From assembly GCF_009914755.1 (NCBI RefSeq), contig NC_060930.1: a stretch of 64,000 nucleotides of DNA. One strand, written 5' to 3'. Of the stretch, positions 54,090-64,000 are shown piece after piece. Position 1 is the stretch's first letter, and the number at the start of each line of letters is the position of its first letter. This stretch comes from the human T2T-CHM13v2.0 reference genome, Homo sapiens. A program made the translations under genes and the position numbers. The notes below the pieces were generated by a model. That model saw nothing but the letters and a program-made list of their open reading frames with translations. It was not told the DNA's origin and did not search any database.

Positions 54090-54315
54090 AAATAATAACA
54101 TTTATTAAATCATACTATGTGCCAGGTATTATGCTCAGTTCTTTGCTTATGTCATCTTACATAATCCTCTCAGCTATCTATCCTCATATGACAAATGATG
54201 AAACTTGAAGTTTAGAGAGGCAAAGTGATTACTAAGGTTACACATGTAGTAGTTAGTTAAAGTGGGTTTGAACCTAGGTTTCAGCTGATTCCAAACCCTG
54301 TCCTAACCACTATAC
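54090..54315 (-). mobile_element. MIR
   Basis: TACTATGTGCCAGG…ATCCTCA…GAAACT…AGAGAGG…GGTTACACA…TTTGAACCTAGG. Confidence 0.8.
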
Positions 54316-54438
54316 TTATTCTTCCACGTTTATTGAGGCTTGTTCACAAAATGTTTTTGGTGGGCCTAATTATATAGACGTACTGGGATTAATAGTTTTG
54401 TCTTGGTTACTACCATGAAGTTGCTTAATGTCTAAGGA

Positions 54439-54600
54439 CCTTGCTACTCAAAAGTGTGGTCCACAGACCAGCAGCATCAGCAGCTCCTGGGAGCTCATTG
54501 GAAATGTCTCTTAAGCCCTAGCCCCAGAGGACAGAATCAGGGTGTGGATTTTAACAAGATCTCCATGTGACTGGTGTGCACATTCAAGTTTGAGAAGCAA
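54439..54600. mobile_element. MER5A DNA transposon
   Basis: CTCAAAAGTGTGGTCC…CAGCAGCATCAGCA…TTTTAACAAGATC…AAGTTTGAGAAGCA. Confidence 0.85.
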
Positions 54601-55668
54601 AGGATTTAAAATAACTTATCAAATCAGAGTAGTGATGTCTAGAGAGGCGGCATCCATATCATATGATTTTTATCTAAAAGAGTTACCTTTAGACTGTGCC
54701 AAATTTATTTTCTACATCTGATATCATGCACATTGTATAGATACTACTTATCAGTCTAGGTATATTGCACCTATGATATGTGATGAAAATCTCTGGATTT
54801 TTCAATGTGTAATGTTGCCTTTTGGAGGACTGTTTTAGAGATACAATATTTTCTAATTTTAAGGGTATTGGATTTCAAGCACAAGAACAACCATGTATGT
54901 GACATCAACTAACTGCAGATGTTATTTGGCCATTTCAGTTTTGTATTGCATTTTCTTTTTTAACTGAAATTTTTTACGTTGGTGAAAATGGGGTGACTTT
55001 TATAAATTTAACCCATTCTTGTTTGCTAAAGGATACTAATTAAGTTAATGAAGCTGAGAAGTGAAAATTTGATGTCCCTTCCAACCCCCATTCCTTCCCA
55101 GTCTGCCTAATGCCTCTTTCCTAACACTGGATTTGTCATTTTTTTAGATGTGGAAGTCATGTATGACTGGATTTCTCTTTGTTTACATGGCGCCCTTATG
55201 GACTAGCAGGGTCTGTGCTTTAAATATCTCCTAACAGTCCAAAATTTAACCTAATATATTCATTCCTGTATTAACAAATGCTTTTTGAAAATTTCACATA
55301 GGAAGCACTTTTCTTTTACGCATGCACTACCACTAACATAATAGATATAGTTGAACAACGCCTAACTTTAAATCACTTTCTAGATTAAGACAATAACTGA
55401 TTTTGAGGATGGAAAGTGGATTCCAGTAAGTTTATACATTCATTCTTTTTCCAAGATTACAGAAAAATGACTGTGGTTTGCATCTTATGTAAATACCGTA
55501 GTTTTAGATTATGCATGATCTTATTTTGTTTTTCACTAAAATGTAAATAGAAGAGTTAACTTATATCAAGGAGTGGTTGAGTCAGATATTGTATAATGTA
55601 ATCAAATACTTAAATTTGATTAGATATAAGTTTGGCCTATAAGCTAGAAATTAAAAAGTAATGAACCC

Positions 55669-55940
<272 letters not shown>

Positions 55941-56197
55941 GAATGAACCCAGTAGCTATGAAGATGATGAGCTGGAAAGATTTTATATCACATACCCAAA
56001 CTTAGTCTTAGGCCTCTATTCTCTTTATCTGCAACACCTTTCTTCTGAGAAGTTACTGTTTCTCACTCAGAAAAGCCTCACCCTTTCCTGTGAGCCTAAG
56101 AAATAATTAAAAGTTAGAATTTAAAAGGCTCCCTTAAAGTAAAAATTTTAAGTACAAAAAGATATTACATCAAGTAAGTAAAAACTTTTAAAAAGTT

Positions 56198-56472
<275 letters not shown>

Positions 56473-56637
56473 AAAAAGTTGAAAGGATTTACTTTCCACT
56501 CCTAATATTACTCATCTTTTATTTATCTCGGCATCTAGATTTAGTAATAAAAGTATTCACTTCTATCTTGAAAATCAGTTGATATTAGTATGAATCAAAT
56601 ATTCTTCAGAATTTTAAAAATGTCTTTTATTTTTCAG

Positions 56638-56688
56638 CAAAGATGTCAAGGAAGTTAAGCTTACCTACTGACCTAAAGCCTGATTTAG
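56638..56688 (+). CDS. STXBP5: STXBP5 alternative exon (~exon 22), 51 nt, AKMSRKLSLPTDLKPDL (absent in s-tomosyn; PKA RKLS and SUMO LKPD motifs)
   Basis: ttttcag| acceptor, TAG|gtaagt donor, phase 1-1, 17 codons. Confidence 0.95.
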
Positions 56689-58894
56689 GTAAGTAAAATA
56701 AATATTCAAAATAATTTAACTCCCTATAATGGGAAGACAAGGAAATCAGAAAATTTATAGTTACTGTAAGATAGTCATTGGAAAGCAAGTTTAAAATGAC
56801 TAAGATGCTTAAGGTTTAAACATTCTTTGGAATAGTCTTTAGAATGCTATCTGTAAATTTAAAATGACAATTATAATACAAATTCAAGCAAACCGCAAGA
56901 ATATATTTTCTTAGCCCTCTCATAGTTTGTCTGAACAGAACTTAGCATAAGATTGAATTTGTGCAATTTTAGATTAATTTTTATTAAAAGTGGTTGTATC
57001 CCATTTAACCATGTGAAAACCTATTTTGAACTTTATAAAATTATTTTTATACTAATGAAATACTTAAAATTTAAAATAGATTAACTTTTTTCTGTATTAC
57101 AGTGAATCATAGCAAGAATCATCGTTACTAACTTTTTGATTATAATAAGTTGGGAAATATTTCTTCCACAGCACTTTCTGTGCAATTCATTTATTATGAA
57201 AGCAGGATGAATATATTCACACATTCATTTTGCTTTATATCTAACCCACGAACAGCACCTTGATATCACATAGGGACAAATGACATTTCAAAAAAGATAA
57301 AAGTAAGATTTCATGTAATACATATAAAACATGGTATCTTTTTAAACTCATTTTTTATTTAAGAAATTTCTGTTGCCTTTAACTAAATAGGTATGATTGT
57401 GTAAGGATGATTTCACCCACCTCTATCTTAGAGATAACTAGGTTTTCTCCCTTGCATTAGCCCACACCCCTCACCACTGTTTATTCTCTAGATTTCTTGA
57501 CTATGTTTGCTATGCATCATACAAACTTAGGTGTTGGTCCATTTAAACATACTAATTTTAGCATTTCCAAATCATTATCTTACTTCAGTTATGCTGATAG
57601 AAAGCATGTGGTTATGAGTGAGTAGGCATACAATATATTCCACTGTCATTTGTAGAAAGTTTCATTCATAGGAAAAACAACTTAGTAGAACCCTATAATA
57701 TCCCTAGTATAAGGGAACAAGAGTTAATCATAGAATATAGGATAGTAGACATTTTGAGAAGGTCATAGTTTTCTCCACCAAAAAAAAAAAACAGGTATAA
57801 TTTGAAAACAAGTATATCTGAGGCACACAGTGTGCATTTTTCCCCTATAGCAGAATCCAGAGTTTTCATCAGACTCTCAGAGGCCCAGGATTTCAATAGC
57901 ATTAAATATTACTAGTTAAAGTGGCTTTGTGTATTTTAGTTTCTTAAAAATCTGGGTAAACACATGTAAATATACTTTTAAAATTATAAAAAATACCATA
58001 GCCAATTATTTTTTAAGGCATACTCACATTTACAAATCATGTAAGTAATTTAATTAAAGTATGTACTCCATGCTTTCATAGATTATTCACTTCATGGTTT
58101 AGCTAGCATGCCCATGTATGCCCTAAGCCAATTATAACTTTGACTAATGTATACCTGTAACATTCCTGTGTTGCCTAAGTAATGTCCCTCAAGTTATTTT
58201 GTTGTTGAACTGTTACTTGGTAGAGATTCTTGGCTGCTAATTTACATTGGTCAGGGAGGCAATGGGGAATAACTCCAACTATATTGATAGGTTCAAACTG
58301 CCAGATGTTGGTAAAGCACTGAGGCCAATGAGCTGTTGTGCAGCTCCAGAAGCTTCTGTGCATAGAATTCATTTTTGCTTATGGGGAAATTGTGCAGCAC
58401 TGTACTTGCACTATAGCTTCACCATCCTGGATTCTGTAACCCAGAAGTCAGAATCCATGGGTGATTTTGTTACACTTATGATTGTCACATTTCAAATGTC
58501 AGCCATAGGAGGCAAACATCAGAACCATTATATACTTTGATATGAATTAGTTTCTTACCCTGATTTTTACCTGAACAGATTCAAATCTTGGCATTATGTT
58601 TTGATTTGGGAATATAAAAGTTTGTTGAATAAGGCTCTCTGTGGGGAGGAGAAAGTGATACATACAAGTAGCATGTTGTAAGTATACAGACAGTAGCATG
58701 AAAACAGTGATTTTATGGCATGATTGTATCAGGTGCAGCTGGATGGAGGCATTAATGACAAATTTTGTCTGAGTTTAGATCAGCTAAAAAGATCACATAT
58801 TCAAGCACATTTCTGACATCTAAACTAGAACTTTAATTCTCAATAATAACCATAGCGTTCCAGCTGTATGATAGTGATGATATGGCTGTCTGGA

Positions 58895-59115
58895 GTTGCC
58901 TAACAGAAAGTTTTAGACTTGGAGACAGACACAAATTCTGACTCTACCACATACTAGCTTGGTCATTCTGAGCAAGTCACTTAATCTCTCTGAGCCTCTG
59001 TTTAATTGTTTGTTAAATTGTGATGATACTACTTTTCAAGGTAGTTATGTAGATTCAATAAAATGATAAATGTAAAGTATTAGTGCCTGGCACATGGTAG
59101 GCCTTGCTTAGTGTT
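58895..59115 (+). mobile_element. MIR
   Basis: GCAAGTCACTTAATCTCTCTGAGCCTC…AGTGCCTGGCACATGGTAG. Confidence 0.8.
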
Positions 59116-60294
59116 AGTTATTTTCACTTCTGCTCTTATTACTAGAGCTACTAAAATTAAACTTTTATTCCATTTATTTACTTTGCCAAACTTGTATAAA
59201 TAAGCCCACAGAGACCCATAATGCTTAACTTAAAAGGAGTAAGTGGAAGTTGTAATTCATGAATTGCTGAAAATTCTGACTTTTTTTCAAAAGTCTAGGC
59301 AGATAATAAAATAAGCAACCTATTTCTATCAGTTTCAAACTTGACTGTTATTCAGGCAGTTCTTCCATTTTGATCTAGCTTTAGAAGTTGCTTTGGTAAT
59401 CTAATTTTTATAGATAAATTATGTAATAAAAATGCAATTTTAGGTTGTGCATTTTATATAGTATTAGTCTATTAAATTCAAACATTGCTCATTTGACCTA
59501 TGAGTTAACATTTAAAATATAGGTTGTTGTGAATCACCTCTTGTAATTTTAATAGTTATCAGTAAGAGTTTTTCTACAGGTTAATTTACAATGAAATCTA
59601 TATTATCTACTTTTTTCATATCATTGTTTTCTATTACTATCACTACATCACAACTGAAAATGTTCATTTGCCTTGTATATGTATGCTTTACAAGTAACAA
59701 GTGTATTTATCATTGTAAAATTTTAAAAATGTATTTTGCTAAAATAACTTTGGAAACCATAAAGAGTTAATAAATATTTGTAATTAATATCATTTCAAAC
59801 TGTATTGAGGTGTTGATTATGGAAAGTTGTTTCATTTATAGTAAGTAGTTCTTTTCTACCGTATCATAATTTGTAAATTATGGAAATGCAATCTCAAGCA
59901 AAAGAAAGACATTTTTAGAAACTACAGTTTAAAAAAATGATCCATAGTATTATCATAACTAATAACATTGTTTTCAGAGGCTACCTATAATCAAAGTTAT
60001 GTTGCATATAGTTATTGGGGATATTTTTAATCTATGAATCTAAATTTGATTGCAAAAAACTTCTTGTAAGGTGTAATTAAGATTTGGCTATACCTTTTTT
60101 ATTTAATAAAGTACAACTTAGAATTTAACATGTTTTATAGTTTTCACATTTTGAAGAGTCCTTTCTTTCACAATAGCATTGAAAGCATGTGATTTAGGGA
60201 GTTATTAGATGTAAGTAGTAGAAGCTACTGAGAATTTTAATAAATCCTAATGGAACAGCAGAAGCGTTGGTTTAGACATTCTCAACTATAAATC

Positions 60295-61400
60295 TGCCTT
60301 CAGCAAGTGTTTATTGAATTCCTTTCACATGCAAGACAGTGTGCGAAATTCCAAAGGATATCAAAACGACACAGTCCTTGCTTTCAAGATACTTGCAGTC
60401 ACTTTAGAGTGAGGCATGAGAAAAGTCAGAAATAACTACAGAACAAATGTACTCTAAGTGTCATGGGAGAGATACATGGCTATAGGTATGTAGTCAAGAG
60501 GGAGAGAAACTATATAGGTTGTAGGAATCAGGAGAAACTTCAGGAAGTTGACAGTAACTGAAGTGGAAAATAAGCAGAATCTTGATAGGTAGGAGAAAAG
60601 GCTGATGCAAAGGCACCAATCAGAATACCTCAAGCAAAAGCCTAAAAGTAGGTAAGTGCAGGTTATGTTTGGAGAAAATTGTGTGGCTCTATTTATTTCT
60701 CACAATGAACTGAAATAGGGTAGCTTTGGGAGATAAGGCCAGGAGGGTAGATTAAAGATATTTTGTGAAGAGTCTTAAAAACTTGAGTAAGATTATAAGC
60801 ATGATTAAAAAGGAGCTACTAAGGATTTTTTAGATTGAGGCCACAGAATTATAACTATGCCTTATAAAATTTAATTATGTTGTGTTAGTAGTGAGATGCT
60901 GCGGGTGAGGAGATCAGCTGGGAATTGTCTAAGTAAATGGTGAGGAGAACCCGAACTTAGGATAATGGAAGTAGATTACCAATGGAAGGAAGGAAACAAA
61001 AATGTGCAATAAAATACCTTAGGGCTTGGCATGCCATCAGATGTATAGGTCAAATGAAAAGGAGAAACCCAAACTGTGGCTCATCTTAAGTGTTTCTCCC
61101 TATGAGAACAGAAGTGTCATTAATATAAATAGTGCCATTCGAAGAATTTACTGGTTTGGGGGAAATTATATGGTTTGGTTTTGCATAGTGAGACATAACT
61201 GGAAAAAAGTCAAAGAAGTATTTGGAAATGATGTTCCAAGAGAAAAAGGAAAAGGCTAGGGCTTGAGACAAGCTTGGGATTAGCAACAAGGGAAGGTAGC
61301 TGAAGATGAGAGACATTTTATTAGTATAATTTTTTAAATGCGCCTGTCATTACAGACAGAGCTGGGTAAAGGAATTTGCCTGGTATCAAGTGTGAGCCAG
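60295..61400 (-). mobile_element. LINE-2 fragment(s)
   Basis: CAGCAAGTGTTTATTGA…CACAGTCCTTGCTTTCAAG and purine-rich antisense L2 body. Confidence 0.6.
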
Positions 61401-61846
61401 ATGGCAGTTGTACATTTTGGTGAAAATGCCTTAAGTGAATGTGGATTGCAGTTAAAATGGCATTGAAGAAAAGTGGGGAAAAAGCTAAACTTTTATTGAT
61501 TAAAGGTTTTTATTTGGGCAAATCTGAAAAAAAAAAAGATCCATCATACAGTAAATTAGAAGGTAGTATCAGAGTACTTCTAAATGCATTTTTTAAAGGT
61601 AGAAAATGGAAAAGACTCACATTTGTCACACTCTACCAGTCATGGATTGTATTACCAAAGGAAGGCACAGTACCATGAGAAAGAAGGTGCCAAGGGCTAA
61701 GCAGCCAGGACCCCAAGGATTGCACATTCAGATATTCATCGGGAGGCACCCGGTTCAGTTCTGAGGAGTGTGGAGTTGTTTGTTTGTATATTAAGAAAAA
61801 GGGAAAATTTATTAGCATAAAAGTAAATTGTTTTTGTTTTCAATTG

Positions 61847-62261
61847 TACTTGACCTTTAAACAATGCAGGTGTTAAGGACAGCAACTCCTCTGCATATAA
61901 TTTTTGATCTCCAAAAACTTAACTTCTAAAAGCCTACTGTTGACTGAAAGCCTTACCAGTAACATAAACAGTAGATTAACACATATTTTGTATGTTAGAT
62001 GTGTTATATACTGTATTCATGTAATAAAGTAGGCTAGAGAAAAGAATGTTATTAAGAAAATCATAAGGAAGAGAAAACGTATTTACTATTCCTTAAGTGG
62101 AAGTGGATCATCCCAAAGGTGGTTTTTCCATAGAGTAGACTGAAGAGAAAGAGAAAGAGGGAGGGGTTGGTCTTGCTGTCTCAGGGGTAGCAGAGGTGGA
62201 GGAAAATCCATGTGTAAGTGGACTTGTGTAGTTCAAACCCATGTTGTTCAAGGATCAACTA
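61847..62261. mobile_element. Tigger2a-like TcMar DNA transposon
   Basis: TIR-like ends TTGACCTTTAAACAA…/…TTGTTCAAGGATCAACT; AGCCTACTGTTGAC internal motif. Confidence 0.85.
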
Positions 62262-62398
62262 AAATGAAGTGAATATTAAATATGACGTAGGTTTTGTCTT
62301 CTTGCAGATTAACTATTTGACCAAATTTATATTAAAAAACAACACAAATAACTTCTTTTATAACTTGAGCAATCTCACAACATTTTTAACCATTTCAG

Positions 62399-62638
62399 AT
62401 GTAAAGGATAACTCCTTTAGCCGATCACGGAGTTCAAGTGTAACAAGCATTGACAAAGAATCCCGAGAAGCGATCTCCGCTCTTCATTTCTGTGAAACGT
62501 TTACTCGAAAGACGGACTCGTCCCCTTCCCCTTGTCTATGGGTTGGAACAACGCTAGGAACAGTGCTTGTCATTGCACTGAACCTTCCCCCAGGGGGAGA
62601 GCAAAGACTTCTTCAGCCAGTAATTGTGTCTCCAAGTG
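62399..62638 (+). CDS. STXBP5: STXBP5 coding exon (~exon 23), 240 nt, DVKDNSFSRSRSSSVTSIDKESREAISALHFCETF…PVIVSPS
   Basis: tttcag| acceptor, GTG|gtatgt donor, phase 1-1; ORF 62269..62661. Confidence 0.97.
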
Positions 62639-62769
62639 GTATGTATTGCTGCTGCACTTAGAGTTACATTACAGGTGTGATTTACTATGATAGAAGCCTT
62701 TGTTTTTCATTCTTGAATTGATCTAAGAATTCCAAAATGTAAAGTAAATGGGGACAGTGATGGCCTTAT

Positions 62770-63717
62770 TTATTTATTTTTTTAATTATTATACTTTAAG
62801 TTTTAGGGTACATGTGCACAATGTGCAGGTTAGTTACATATGTATACATATGACATGCTGATGCTCTGCACCCACTAACTCGTCATCTAGCATTAGGTAT
62901 ATCTCCCAATGCTATCCCTCCCCCCTCCCCCCACCCCACAACAGTTCCTAGAGTGTGATGTTCCCCTTCCCGTGTCCATGTGTTCTCATTGTTCAGTTCC
63001 CACCTATGAGTGAGAATATGTGGTGTTTGGTTTTTTGTTCTTGCGATAGTTTACAGAGAATGATGATTTCCAATTTCATCCATGTCCCTACAAAGGACAT
63101 GAACTCATCATTTTTTATGGCTGCATAGTATTCCATGGTGTATATGTGCCACATTTTCTTAATCCAGTCTATCATTGTTGGACATTTGGGTTGGTTCCAG
63201 CAACCTACTCATCTGACAAAGGGCTAATACCCAGAATCTACAATGAACTCAAACAAATTTACAAGAAAAAAACAAACAACCCCATCAAAAAGTGGGCAAA
63301 GGACATCAACAGACACTTCTCAAAGGAAGACATTTATGCAGCCAAAAAACACATGAAAAAATGCTCGCCATCACTGGCCATCAGAGAAATGGAAATCAAA
63401 ACCACAATGAGATATCATCTCACACCAGTTAGAATGGCAGTCATTAAAAAGTCAGGAAACAACAGGTGCTGGAGAGGATGTGGAGAAATAGGAACACTTT
63501 TACACTGTTGGTGGGACTGTAAACTAGTTCAACCATTGTGGAAGTCAGTGTGGCGATTCCTCAGGGATCTAGAACTAGAAATACCATTTGACCCAGCCAT
63601 CCCATTACTGGGTATATACCCAAAGGACTATAAATCATGCTGCTATAAAGACACATGCACATGTATGTTTATAGCGGCACTATTCACAATAGCAAAGACT
63701 TGGAACCAACACAAATG
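62770..63717 (-). mobile_element. Young L1PA (PA2/PA3-like) insertion with 5' inversion: antisense 3' part 62770-63199, sense ORF2 part 63200-63717
   Basis: Antisense L1 3' UTR with the non-Ta GAG diagnostic; strand switch at 63199/63200; TSD core ATGGCCTTAT at 62760-62769 and 63715-63724. Confidence 0.95.
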
Positions 63718-64000
63718 GCCTTATGTTTTAATGAAAGAATACATAGAGCAAGATTTCAGGATGTTGTTTGTTTATACAGCCATTCAATTTTGCCATTTTT
63801 TTTTAAACTTTGGGATCTTGTGTAAAATAATTACTATGTAAGAAAATTTTTTTTAAAAGTTACAATAATGCATTCCTAATACCTCAAGCAAAAGAATGCT
63901 ATAAATTTAGGAGAAAAACAGAAAAGTGCATTTTTAAACATTCTACACATGGTTATTTTTCATCTCCAAGTGTGAAACCTGAGATTATTTTTCTACTTTG

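Noticed and set aside
63146-63841. 231-aa ORF
   Set aside because: Chimera across the L1 inversion junction: L1 ORF2 C-terminus plus flanking sequence

Overview
AT-rich primate (human-like) genomic DNA lying inside STXBP5 (tomosyn-1, syntaxin-binding protein 5) on the + strand. Fourteen coding exons with GT-AG boundaries (about exons 10-23, numbering from memory; 1628 nt) splice into one open frame. It runs from ...GEPFIILSGG in the WD40/Lgl-like propeller region, through the alternatively spliced hypervariable region (four phase 1-1 cassettes that include the b/m/s isoform exons), to ...PVIVSPSG. The introns carry an old sense L1M, a 3'-truncated THE1 (MaLR) provirus, about 12 Alus, MLT1/MLT2 LTRs, MER/Tigger DNA transposons, MIR/L2 fragments and a young 5'-inverted L1PA. 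Most ORFs in the supplied track are repeat-derived or spurious. I found no evidence of a new gene family or biological system. The best leads are splicing-level and unverified: a candidate in-frame 15-nt neural-type microexon (42963-42977), several candidate poison or cryptic exons, a sense THE1 LTR with a DUX4 motif and strong splice donors, and an 885-nt exon block that would form a stop-free circular ORF.
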